From contig JBPPMJ010000006.1 in assembly GCA_051306005.1 (NCBI GenBank), forward strand, positions 91,296-155,295: DNA of 64,000 bases, in the 5' to 3' direction. This DNA comes from Minisyncoccota bacterium (GTDB lineage Bacteria; Patescibacteriota; Minisyncoccia; Moranbacterales; UBA1568). The position numbers and the translations under genes are program-made. The notes under the pieces are model-generated. The model saw only the letters and a list, made by a program, of their open reading frames with translations, did no database searches and was not told the origin of the DNA. Shown one piece after another: positions 41,308-50,655 of this stretch (the stretch's first letter is position 1; every line of letters starts with the position of its first letter).

Positions 41308-43215
41308 TCATTTATTCAGTATCTCTTGAGGGGAGAGATAATAGATGAAGATGGAGTCGCCGGCACGGGTGATTGGTGTAATATTTTGAAGCCAAGAATA
41401 ATCTTGCGTACCGATCGGTTTTGATTTATAAAGACTTTCTTGATAAAAGAATGAGGAAATAGCATACCATCCTGGTTCTGGCTCTCGCTTGTCCCACCAA
41501 GAAATGAATGTATCATGTAAATAATATGCTGGATCACTTCCACCAAAATAATCAACTCGGATATGTTCAATCAAGGGATAGTTTTGAGTTAATGCACATT
41601 GTTTGATTTCATTTGAATATGCTGTTCCTGTTTTGCAACGATTGTGCCGTTCGACAAAGACCGAGAGATTTTTCAAGTCTTGCCCCCAGTCATAATTAGA
41701 ATCTGTGACATAACGATAGCCATTTTTTGATCCGCCAACGATGGGATTGAAATAGGAAAGATAACCCGGATATGTAAGAATAGGAATGGAGACGATAATA
41801 AAGACAATACCTCCGAGGATCCATGTAAGAACGGTATGTGTTGTAGGGTTATTTTGTTGACGTTTCAGAAAATCTAAAGTGGTCTTGGCGATGAGCATGT
41901 AGAGAAAAGGGAAAAATGGAAAGAGATGGCGAATGCCTATGGTGAGATTGCCAGTTATGCTGATGAAACCATAGAAAAGAATAAAGAAACAAATGAGATA
42001 CTGTGGAGTTTTGTCTTGTAATGATTGTCCAAAAAAATGTAGAGGACGAGTCAAAAGAGTGTTGGATTTCATGAAAAGCACTTTACTAATACGTGTTATC
42101 GTATAGCCTAGGGTGAAAAAAAGAAGAAATAAGAATGGCAACGTGCTTTTGAGTATGAAAACAACAGGGAAGTACCAAGGGGATGACTCCATAGAAACCG
42201 TACCTAAAAAGTAATGTGGATTACCACTGGCAACACGAGCAAAAACCATAAAGACACCTAACAAATATTCGCTGAAAGGTTTCAGTAAGACGCTATGGCT
42301 AGTCCAGATAACAAGGGCATTGGCTTTTTGTGCAAAAATATTGTTTTGCCCAAGATACAGGTGAGCGGCTTTTGTAAGTTGTTCTGCTGGCATATGAAAA
42401 GTATTGATTGCATAGAGCAACCAGATGAGGGTGAAACAGATGATGAGGCTTCCGATAAAGGCAGAAAGATAACGGACTATGATGCTGAAACGTTGTCGAA
42501 TCTTTGATGTATCTGTGCGTAGAGGAACAGTGACAGCATACAAGAGTGTGAATAATCCAAAGAGGGGCAATAAGAGGGCAGCAGATGATTTCGTTAACTC
42601 TGCGATGCCTAAAAATATTCCGGCAAAGACAATATTTTGTGCTTGTGGGTGTTGCAGAAATCGTATAAAAAAATAGCAGGCGAAAAAAATGGTGGCTGCA
42701 ATACCGATATCAGTGGTTACATAATGATTGTGCGCCAGAATATTGGGATCGGCGGCGTATAGCGTGACCGCGAACAATCCCGCGAGTGTTCCGCCGAGCT
42801 CTTTGGTCCAGATAAAGATGCCCAGTCCGAGAAGGAGGGAGAGTAGGATGATGGGCAGGCGCGACCAGAAGAGGATGGCATCGGCATCGTTGCAGGCGAT
42901 GTCTGGCTTGGTGCAGTTGATAAACATGTCTCCAATCGCCCATTGCTCATTGGTACCAGATTGCCATTCCTCAGAATCTAGTGGGAACGTCGGTTGAAAA
43001 GCGAGGAGCGGGAGACCCGCGAGATCCTTGAGGAGTGGTGGATGTTCCGGGTTGAGACGCATATCACCATAACGGACATAGCTATAGGCCGCGGGGATAT
43101 GGGCCTTTTCATCATAAATCGCTGACTCTTGACTGGAAACGGAAAGCGAGACGAGGAAGTGAACGAGGAGGATGCCAGCGACAATGAAGTTCGCATGTTT
43201 TTTGAGCAATTTCAT
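41308..43215 (-). CDS. GT-C fold glycosyltransferase, PMT family (dolichyl/polyprenyl-phosphate-mannose protein mannosyltransferase-like)
   Basis: First-loop YDEKAHIPAAYSY (DE motif) and EHPPLLK (PMT HPPLxK signature). Polytopic. The track ORF starts with TTG at 43227, and an ATG follows at 43215. Confidence 0.75.
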   Translation of the reverse strand: MKLLKKHANFIVAGILLVHFLVSLSVSSQESAIYDEKAHIPAAYSYVRYGDMRLNPEHPPLLKDLAGLPLLAFQPTFPLDSEEWQSGTNEQWAIGDMFINCTKPDIACNDADAILFWSRLPIILLSLLLGLGIFIWTKELGGTLAGLFAVTLYAADPNILAHNHYVTTDIGIAATIFFACYFFIRFLQHPQAQNIVFAGIFLGIAELTKSSAALLLPLFGLFTLLYAVTVPLRTDTSKIRQRFSIIVRYLSAFIGSLIICFTLIWLLYAINTFHMPAEQLTKAAHLYLGQNNIFAQKANALVIWTSHSVLLKPFSEYLLGVFMVFARVASGNPHYFLGTVSMESSPWYFPVVFILKSTLPFLFLLFFTLGYTITRISKVLFMKSNTLLTRPLHFFGQSLQDKTPQYLICFFILFYGFISITGNLTIGIRHLFPFFPFLYMLIAKTTLDFLKRQQNNPTTHTVLTWILGGIVFIIVSIPILTYPGYLSYFNPIVGGSKNGYRYVTDSNYDWGQDLKNLSVFVERHNRCKTGTAYSNEIKQCALTQNYPLIEHIRVDYFGGSDPAYYLHDTFISWWDKREPEPGWYAISSFFYQESLYKSKPIGTQDYSWLQNITPITRAGDSIFIYYLSPQEILNK

Positions 43216-43243
43216 AGAATGATACAATGATTAAGCATAGTGT

Positions 43244-44860
43244 TTATTTTTTTCGCTCTGGTAGAATGATAACATCAAAATCTCCACCAGCACGTTGTGA
43301 TCCATTCATATCGATATGTTCAACGAAAGTGTTTGGGTAGAGATCTTGGAATTTTTTTGCTAATGTTTCATTGTAATGGAGCATCAAAAGTACACCAGGT
43401 CCCTGAAATGTCGTATCGCCATTGATGATATGAAGATTGGCAACACGATGGTACGTGAGAAAATAGACCGGATGTGCAAAGACGGGCAAATGAAACCGGT
43501 TCGCATTGCCTTGCTCATCGATGAGAATATATTTTTGTGTTTCGTTAGGCAAAGTGAGGAGGTATCGTCCCATGTTGGTGTAGTTTTCATTGAATGCACT
43601 TCCTGCTGCTGGACTATGCGCAAAAAAGACAAAATATTTGGTGAAATTGAAAAGGGCACTGATTATGAGGATAAAGAGAAGCGTACAGAAGAGAGCTATC
43701 TTAGTATGTATTTTTGAACGTGTTGCCTGGGTGAATATCCAAAGCGCTGGAATGGTAGCAATCAAAAAGACAGGCATTTGTGTACCGATGGAACGAAGAG
43801 CATGTGGCAAGCCTTCATTGGTCAAAAACTCTGGAGCAAGCATGGTAAAAAATGAAACGATGAGAAAGGTATTGGTTACGAGACGAGCATCATGCCTTCC
43901 TTCTCTAAAACGTTTACCAAGCAGAGTGACTGTTTGCCAAATCAGAAAGAGAAAGCCTGCTAAGAAGAATGTACCAACAAAGGGATCAAGAATGGGGTAT
44001 GGAGGATAGTTGTGACGCCAATTTTGATCGCCGAAAAAATTGTATTTGATGAGCGATGTGGCGAAGGTTTTTGCGAGAGTTCCTCCTGCGTTACCGTGAT
44101 TGACTTCTGGTGAAAAGATAGAGATATGTGATGAACGTGAGGCAAAATCTTCAGGATGTGTGATAAAAAAATGAAACAGCATCGGCGATGCGGTAATGAA
44201 AGCACCAATAATAAAGCAACCTGCATGTTTCCAGAAACGTTGGAGAAAGTGTGGGTATGAGAGAAAGAGCGCGGGAAGGAGAAGAATAAGTATGAGTGGT
44301 GCAAGACGAAAAGCGACATAAGTATGTACCCCAATACCAAAAATAAGACCTGCAATAAAGAAATCTCGGAAACGTCTGGTCCGCAGACCTCGGAAAAAGA
44401 AATAAAACGAAAAAACGAGGAGAAAAGTGGTCATGATAGCACGAAAGCCAATGCGTGAGAAATTGATTGCCCAATAGGAAGTCGCTAGCATGAATCCCGC
44501 TAACAATCCCGCCATTTGGCGTTGAAAGAGTTCTCGTGCCAATAAAAAGATACCGAGGACCGAGCAGGTTCCAAAGAGTATGGACCATATTTTGAGACCT
44601 GTAATCGTGTTACCAAAGAGCGCTATGGAAATGGCCTGTAAATTGATAAAAAGACCTTCTCGTCCGAAATTGGCAGGATAAAAGATATCAAAATTTTTTG
44701 TTTCTAGAGCATGAAGTGCATCAACACCATTCGCAGCCTCGTCTGGATATATACCTGCTGGAATACTTTCAATGTGGTAGAAGCGAACGAAAAAAGCGAG
44801 ACAGAGAATAAGAAACAATACAATAATCACGATGAACCGAGTGGATTTTATGCTTGACAT
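43244..44860 (-). CDS. GT-C fold glycosyltransferase, PMT_2/ArnT-like
   Basis: YPDEA loop motif near the N-terminus and 11-13 predicted TM helices. In tandem with the PMT-family gene. Confidence 0.7.
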   Translation of the reverse strand: MSSIKSTRFIVIIVLFLILCLAFFVRFYHIESIPAGIYPDEAANGVDALHALETKNFDIFYPANFGREGLFINLQAISIALFGNTITGLKIWSILFGTCSVLGIFLLARELFQRQMAGLLAGFMLATSYWAINFSRIGFRAIMTTFLLVFSFYFFFRGLRTRRFRDFFIAGLIFGIGVHTYVAFRLAPLILILLLPALFLSYPHFLQRFWKHAGCFIIGAFITASPMLFHFFITHPEDFASRSSHISIFSPEVNHGNAGGTLAKTFATSLIKYNFFGDQNWRHNYPPYPILDPFVGTFFLAGFLFLIWQTVTLLGKRFREGRHDARLVTNTFLIVSFFTMLAPEFLTNEGLPHALRSIGTQMPVFLIATIPALWIFTQATRSKIHTKIALFCTLLFILIISALFNFTKYFVFFAHSPAAGSAFNENYTNMGRYLLTLPNETQKYILIDEQGNANRFHLPVFAHPVYFLTYHRVANLHIINGDTTFQGPGVLLMLHYNETLAKKFQDLYPNTFVEHIDMNGSQRAGGDFDVIILPERKK

Positions 44861-44876
44861 AGATATTTTTTATTTT

Positions 44877-44905
44877 TTCAATAGATTTTATTTCTATGGT
44901 ATAAT
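44877..44905 (+). promoter_or_regulatory. Promoter of the 44933-50617 operon: TTCAAT, N17, TGgTATAAT (extended -10)
   Basis: A consensus -10 with an upstream TG, a 17-nt spacer to a -35-like hexamer, and a 27-nt leader to the ATG at 44933. Confidence 0.45.
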
Positions 44906-44932
44906 GATAGCAAATTTCTCATACAAAAGACA

Positions 44933-47284
44933 ATGTCGCGTGATAAGGACTTTTCAAGGCAATCAAAGGAAGATCTGGATCCAGATATGGAAAGATATAG
45001 TGGTTCGGGCTTGTTGTTGCCACGAAGAAATAATCGTAGAAATAAAATAAAGAGAGTTGAGGGTGCGTCGGCAGTCATTTCAACGCAACCTCTTTTGTCA
45101 GCAGAGGTTCCGCCAGTTATTATTTTTACTGATGGAGGGCCTGCCCATAATGAAGCGGTTGTTTTGTTGTCTCATGATACTCTGGAAGAGAAACAAGAAA
45201 ACAATACTGTGCCTATTGCATCATCTCCTTTGTCCGTTATGACACCAGAAGAGACTCTAATTCCTTCAGTAGAGTCAGTGTCCACTTCTTCCGTCGTAAT
45301 ACAAAAACCTCTGATAGCTGATGAGGTAGAGGAACATATACAAAAGGAACATGTGGATGGTTCTCAGTCACTAGTCATGGAATTGTCCGAGCCCATCCCT
45401 GATGTATCGGTACCTGTATTGCAAGATACCGTTTCCCTTCGGATTATCGAAAAAGATAAACGAGAAAAAGCGGTAGCAGAAGCTCGTAAGAAATTTGTAG
45501 AAGAGGACTATAAAAATTCTACTTTGCATAAAAAATTGGGCGCATTTTTCCGTTTTAAAAAACAAGAAATGGAGGAGCATGTTGATGTGCAATATTGGAA
45601 AAATGAATATAAACGTACATTGCAGAGTTTGCAAGAGATGAAATTGGAGGATATTAAAGAGCAAAAAGGCACTGGCGAGGAAACGAAAGAGGCGTTGGCT
45701 GAAACTTTGCTATTTTTCAAACATGAAGCATTGCGCTTGTATCAAGAATACACTCAAGTACGCGAACAACATGCTGGCTGGATAGGCAAGGTTGCCAACA
45801 TGACGACAAAAATCGGAACGGGATACAATCAGCTTTCTTTTCAGCAGAAAATGTTGCTTTCAGGTGCTTTGTTGATTGGTGGTGTGGCAACTGGAGGTAT
45901 GTCAATAGTAGCCAAAAGAATGTTAGCGGGGACAGGAAGTTTTGTGGGCATAGAGGGCGCTTTGCAAAAATGGTTTGATGCTAGAGAAGTGAAACGAGTA
46001 GATAATGATATTCAGACACGGATGCAGGCGGAGCAACATTCGTTTGTGGATGGGGGAAACGCTACTCTCCAGTATGAAACACTACGTCATGTTACCCATA
46101 CCGCTATTGAAGAATTAGATACAAGACTACAGCAGAAAAAATGGGAAAATATGTTGCGAAAAACCATAGCAACAGGTATAGCGGTTGGGATTGGTTCGGG
46201 TATGTTCTCTCATATGGTGACGGGGTATCTACATGGTACTGAGACAGTGTCAGAATTGGGGCGTCCGGTAGGCAACGTACTGATGGGACAGACAGATACG
46301 ATGCTGGATATTGTTGATCATCAGGCATCACCATTGATGGTTACTTCAGATGGTATGCAAATTCCATGGGATGGGACTGACATTGACAGAACACTTTCAT
46401 CACAAGATGCCTTGAAGGTACAGACTCAAAAAATGTTGGACGTTTTGGAAAAGCATACTCCGCATGATGTATTGAGTGCTCATCAAATTCCATCAGCATC
46501 GAATCATTTGGAAGAGATTATGCCAAAAGTTTCGCTTTCTACTTTGTTGCAAGACTATGTATTGACGCGCGCGGATGGATCCCGTGGGCTGTGGGGCATC
46601 ATTGATGCTCAGTTGCCGACAGAATTGGCACGGGAAGAACGTCACGCAATCATCCAAAAAATAGAAAATGTGATTGCGGAACGTTTACAAGATATGTCTC
46701 CAGAGGAACGAAAATTGGCCGGTTTTCCGACCGGTAACATCAATCAAATATATGCTGATGATACGCTACGACTCGGTACATTGCTTACGGAAAACGATAT
46801 CCATGCTATTGTGAGAGAATCTGCTTCTTTTCCATCTGATTCTGTACTTTCTGTTGGAGCGGAAGCGGGTTTGACAGGAGGTGTCATAACTGATCCTCCG
46901 CTTATGGATTTGGATATTCGTCTTGATCGGGATATTCATCTGGGGAAAGCCTATGACATTCAGGCATACAAAGAGTATCTTGTGAAACATCCGGAAGATT
47001 TTCCGGTTTTCAAAAAAATGAGTGCCGAATATGTGGACTTTATCTTTCAAGGTAATATGCAAGAGATGGGTCGGATGGGTAGTTTGACGTTACATGAACT
47101 TACTCCGACAGATATACAACAAACAAAATTAGCAGAATTTTTCCGCTTATCACGTGAAGCTTTTGGTCCAAAGTTGGGTTTGCCGGGAAAACAAGAAAAA
47201 ATGTATGAATATATGATGCGTATGGCAATGCTTGGTATCGAACATCCAACAGGGAAACGTGTGTTTATCCCCAAGTGGATGTAA
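44933..47284 (+). CDS. Hypothetical 783-aa protein with two glycine-zipper hydrophobic segments
   Basis: Long ORF with no recognisable catalytic motifs. Segments LLSGALLIGGVATGGMSIVA and IATGIAVGIGSGMFSHMVTG (GxxxG repeats) lie mid-protein. It is the first gene of a tightly spaced four-gene operon. Confidence 0.6.
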   Translation: MSRDKDFSRQSKEDLDPDMERYSGSGLLLPRRNNRRNKIKRVEGASAVISTQPLLSAEVPPVIIFTDGGPAHNEAVVLLSHDTLEEKQENNTVPIASSPLSVMTPEETLIPSVESVSTSSVVIQKPLIADEVEEHIQKEHVDGSQSLVMELSEPIPDVSVPVLQDTVSLRIIEKDKREKAVAEARKKFVEEDYKNSTLHKKLGAFFRFKKQEMEEHVDVQYWKNEYKRTLQSLQEMKLEDIKEQKGTGEETKEALAETLLFFKHEALRLYQEYTQVREQHAGWIGKVANMTTKIGTGYNQLSFQQKMLLSGALLIGGVATGGMSIVAKRMLAGTGSFVGIEGALQKWFDAREVKRVDNDIQTRMQAEQHSFVDGGNATLQYETLRHVTHTAIEELDTRLQQKKWENMLRKTIATGIAVGIGSGMFSHMVTGYLHGTETVSELGRPVGNVLMGQTDTMLDIVDHQASPLMVTSDGMQIPWDGTDIDRTLSSQDALKVQTQKMLDVLEKHTPHDVLSAHQIPSASNHLEEIMPKVSLSTLLQDYVLTRADGSRGLWGIIDAQLPTELAREERHAIIQKIENVIAERLQDMSPEERKLAGFPTGNINQIYADDTLRLGTLLTENDIHAIVRESASFPSDSVLSVGAEAGLTGGVITDPPLMDLDIRLDRDIHLGKAYDIQAYKEYLVKHPEDFPVFKKMSAEYVDFIFQGNMQEMGRMGSLTLHELTPTDIQQTKLAEFFRLSREAFGPKLGLPGKQEKMYEYMMRMAMLGIEHPTGKRVFIPKWM

Positions 47285-47307
47285 TAATATTGATAATAAA
47301 AATATAT

Positions 47308-47616
47308 ATGCCATTTGAATATGATAGTATCAAGCGTGAACTGATTCAAGACCTTCATTTGGATGTCTTCACTCCAGAACATCAAGAGGAGCTGTTATCC
47401 ATCATGGGTGAAGTGTTGCTCAAGCGTATTTTTTTGGAAACAATGGAGAAGATAGGAGGCACGGGAGTAGCGGAATATGAGAAATTGTTGGATGCTCTTG
47501 CTGGACAAGATCAAATAGACAACTTCTTCGAGCAAAAAATTCCAGGCTATCCTGTTTTTGTACGCAGTATCGTAGATGCTTTCAAAGAAGAAATGTCACA
47601 GGATAAAATGATGTGA
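47308..47616 (+). CDS. Hypothetical small acidic protein (102 aa)
   Basis: The ORF lies 24 nt downstream of the preceding gene. It is acidic and predicted helical, with no homology recognised. Confidence 0.5.
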   Translation: MPFEYDSIKRELIQDLHLDVFTPEHQEELLSIMGEVLLKRIFLETMEKIGGTGVAEYEKLLDALAGQDQIDNFFEQKIPGYPVFVRSIVDAFKEEMSQDKMM

Positions 47617-47643
47617 TTATAAACATTAGCATACGAAACGGGT

Positions 47644-48069
47644 ATGGAAGAAACTCTCATTCCTGAAACAGGAAAAGAAAAACAGGGTGTTGATGCATTG
47701 TTGACATCTCAGGATGAAGCGCCGGCATCATTGAAATCTGGTGAATTGCCCGTGTCTCCCGAAAAGGATTCGGAACAATCTGTAGGGGAAAAACTGGACG
47801 CGTTGTTACATCAAGTGGTAACACCGACCACCCATACTGCATCGATATCTGTCGATGTACAGACGGACGCACAGAATATCGATATGTTGTTGGATGAGGA
47901 GAGTAAAGTACGTCAGTTGGTAGATATGGCTGTGGTCAAAGGAGTCGTCCACGCGGTCGCCGTGGCTAGGAAAATGAATGATTATTATGTGCTGGACAAG
48001 ATGCATGATGAGCTGGTGGACAAACTTTATGACAATCTGCTGACTCAAGGGTTGATTCATAAAGATTAA
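47644..48069 (+). CDS. Hypothetical small acidic protein (141 aa)
   Basis: Co-oriented, with a 28-nt gap. Acidic. No homology recognised. Confidence 0.5.
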   Translation: MEETLIPETGKEKQGVDALLTSQDEAPASLKSGELPVSPEKDSEQSVGEKLDALLHQVVTPTTHTASISVDVQTDAQNIDMLLDEESKVRQLVDMAVVKGVVHAVAVARKMNDYYVLDKMHDELVDKLYDNLLTQGLIHKD

Positions 48070-48127
48070 ATGCGAGATTTCATTATTGTTCGGAGAAGAA
48101 CTTTATATTATTATTGATACTATCGTC

Positions 48128-50617
48128 ATGAACGGTTTTGATCTCAATGTCTTTTTTGAACCAATCCTCATTTTTTTTGCCGGCGTTGCTCTTGTGAGTG
48201 GAGGTTTTTTGGTGTTACGCAGTTTTTTGCGTTTTCGGTATCAAGTCAATCAATCCATCAATATGGATTTGGAAATGGTTCGCGTCATTCGAAAACAGAA
48301 GCCTGAAGGTGGAAATCAGGGTGCCGAGGCATGGAAGGAGGAAATATTGGCGATGGAACAACTTTTGTCTTCACTGACCACGTTGAAAGTAAAAGGGAGT
48401 ATCATTAAACGTCTTTTTTTTGATACCCCTACAATGGTGCTTGAAATTGCCAATCCTTCTTCTAGTGAAGAAATTTTCTTTTACCTGTCTTTTCCGAAAC
48501 GTTTTCGAGAAAGTGCTGAAAAACAGATACATAGCTTCTTTCCTCAAGCTGTAATTGAAAAGGTATCTGATTATACTATTTTTTCCCCAGATAATGTGAC
48601 GGCAGTTTCTGTCTTGGAATTAACACATCAACAACCATTGCCACTTCGCACTTATCGTACCGTGGATATTGATCCGCTCAATGAAATTTCTAATGCTTTG
48701 AGCAAACTTAAGACAGTTGAAGAGGGAGCCGCTATCCAGATTCTTTTAACAGGATCTGGATCGCACTGGCGTAAAGAGGGAAAAATAATCGCGCAAAAAA
48801 TGCAATCTGGTAAACGTCTGAAGGATGCTACCGGACATTCTTTGATACGAGAATTAAGTACATCAGTGGGTAAGGAGGTCATCAGTATGACAGTGAATGC
48901 ACGCAAAACGAAAGGAACTGAAGATTTAAAACCGGTCGTTTTGACTCCGGAAGAACAGGAGTTGGTGAAAGCCATTGATAGTAAGGCTCACAAAGGGGCG
49001 TTTCGTGCCAATATTCGTCTCGTTGCTTCCGGTGAAACAGCGGAGCGAGCAGCGGATATCCTAGCACATATGGAAAATGCTTTTGGCCAGTTTGAAAATC
49101 AGGATGTGAACAGTTTTCGTGTCAAAAAACGCATACATCAAAAACAGAGCGTCTATGATTATATTTTTCGTAACTTTGATGATGAGACCGCTATGATTCT
49201 TTCAGTGGAAGAATTAGCCAGTATTTTTCATTTCCCTATTTCTACAACTGAGACCCCAAAAATTAAATGGCTGAAATCTGGAGCAGCCGCGCCACCAGTC
49301 AATATTCCTAGGGAAGGTATTTTGTTGGGCATAAATGATTATCGTGGTATTAAGACGGAGATTCGTATTACAGATAATGATCGTCGACGTCATATGTATG
49401 TCATTGGACAGACTGGCGTCGGTAAATCAAATTATCTCCAAGAAATGGCTAAGAAGGATGCACGATCAGGAAAGGGTTTTTGTTTTATTGATCCACATGG
49501 TGATGCTATTGAGGATATTTTGACAGCTATTCCGAAAGAACGGGCTGAAGATGTCATTATTTTTGATCCGGCCGATGTTGATCGTCCTATTGGTATCAAT
49601 ATGTTGGAATATGATCCAGCGCATCCAGAACAAAAAACATTCGTTATCAACGAGATGATTGGTATTTTTGACCAATTGTATGACATGAAGGCAACTGGAG
49701 GCCCGATGTTTGAACAATATATGCGTAATGCCATGCTCTTGATTATGGAGCATCCAGAGAGTGGTTCGACACTTATGGAAATTCCTAAGGTGTTGGCCGA
49801 CGAAGAATTCCGTCGATATAAGCTTGCGCATTGTACCAATCCTATTGTGCGTGATTTTTGGTTAAAAGAAGCGGAAAAAGCTGGCGGTGAGGCTTCATTG
49901 GCAAATATGGTACCGTATATCACGTCCAAGCTGACAACTTTCATTTCCAATGATATGATGCGCCCGATTATTGCTCAGCAAAAGAGTGCGATCAATTTTC
50001 GTGAATGTATGGATAGCAAGAAAATCATTTTAGTGAATCTTTCCAAAGGAAAAATCGGAGAAATTAATGCCCGGCTTTTAGGTATGGTGATTGTTGGAAA
50101 GATTTTGATGGCAGCTCTGTCCCGTGTGGATACGGCCGAAGAAAAACGTAATGACTTTTATCTTTATTTGGATGAATTCCAAAACGTTACCACGACATCT
50201 ATTGCGCAAATCTTGTCGGAAGCGCGTAAATATCGCCTTGTTTTGATTCTGGCGCATCAGTTTATTGGTCAGCTCAAGGAAGAGATTTCTAAAGCAGTCT
50301 TTGGCAACGTCGGATCGCTGACAGCGTTTCGGGTAGGGCCAGAGGATGCTGAATTTTTAGAAAAGCAATTTGCGCCCATTTTTTCTGCTAATGATTTGAT
50401 GAATGTGGATAATTATCAGTGTTTCGTCCGGCTCTTGATGAACAATGAGCTCACTAAGCCATTTAATTTGAGGACATATCCGCCGACACACGGAGATCAG
50501 GCAGTCTCAAATGCTCTCAAAGAATTGTCTCGTCTACGCTATGGGCGTGATGCTACGATTGTAAATCGCGAAATTATGAGTCGTATTCAGCTCGCTGAAA
50601 GTACAGTCGGTAGGTAA
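48128..50617 (+). CDS. Membrane-anchored FtsK/HerA-superfamily ATPase of the type IV coupling protein (VirD4/TraG/TraD-like) type
   Basis: N-terminal TM helix. Walker A HMYVIGQTGVGKS...GFCFIDPHGD (GxTGxGKS...DPxGD as in TraD/TrwB). Walker B YLYLDEFQN. C-terminal ARKYRLVLILAHQFIGQL...FGN motif resembling the TraG/VirD4 RxxGxxLxLxxQSxxQL motif. About 400 aa of unknown domain lie between the TM helix and the P-loop. The track ORF uses TTG at 48086, and an ATG follows at 48128. Confidence 0.75.
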   Translation: MNGFDLNVFFEPILIFFAGVALVSGGFLVLRSFLRFRYQVNQSINMDLEMVRVIRKQKPEGGNQGAEAWKEEILAMEQLLSSLTTLKVKGSIIKRLFFDTPTMVLEIANPSSSEEIFFYLSFPKRFRESAEKQIHSFFPQAVIEKVSDYTIFSPDNVTAVSVLELTHQQPLPLRTYRTVDIDPLNEISNALSKLKTVEEGAAIQILLTGSGSHWRKEGKIIAQKMQSGKRLKDATGHSLIRELSTSVGKEVISMTVNARKTKGTEDLKPVVLTPEEQELVKAIDSKAHKGAFRANIRLVASGETAERAADILAHMENAFGQFENQDVNSFRVKKRIHQKQSVYDYIFRNFDDETAMILSVEELASIFHFPISTTETPKIKWLKSGAAAPPVNIPREGILLGINDYRGIKTEIRITDNDRRRHMYVIGQTGVGKSNYLQEMAKKDARSGKGFCFIDPHGDAIEDILTAIPKERAEDVIIFDPADVDRPIGINMLEYDPAHPEQKTFVINEMIGIFDQLYDMKATGGPMFEQYMRNAMLLIMEHPESGSTLMEIPKVLADEEFRRYKLAHCTNPIVRDFWLKEAEKAGGEASLANMVPYITSKLTTFISNDMMRPIIAQQKSAINFRECMDSKKIILVNLSKGKIGEINARLLGMVIVGKILMAALSRVDTAEEKRNDFYLYLDEFQNVTTTSIAQILSEARKYRLVLILAHQFIGQLKEEISKAVFGNVGSLTAFRVGPEDAEFLEKQFAPIFSANDLMNVDNYQCFVRLLMNNELTKPFNLRTYPPTHGDQAVSNALKELSRLRYGRDATIVNREIMSRIQLAESTVGR

Positions 50618-50655
50618 CTATTCTTGATATGCCACATCAGTCAGACGTAAGCCTC

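Noticed and set aside
48086-48127. TTG/GTG-initiated 5' extensions in the ORF track (48086, 53315, 56592, 43227, 37903, 2369)
   Set aside because: In each case an in-frame ATG lies a few codons downstream. That ATG avoids overlap with the upstream gene or matches family N-termini better. The extensions are likely artefacts of permissive start-codon calling. True starts remain uncertain without experimental data.
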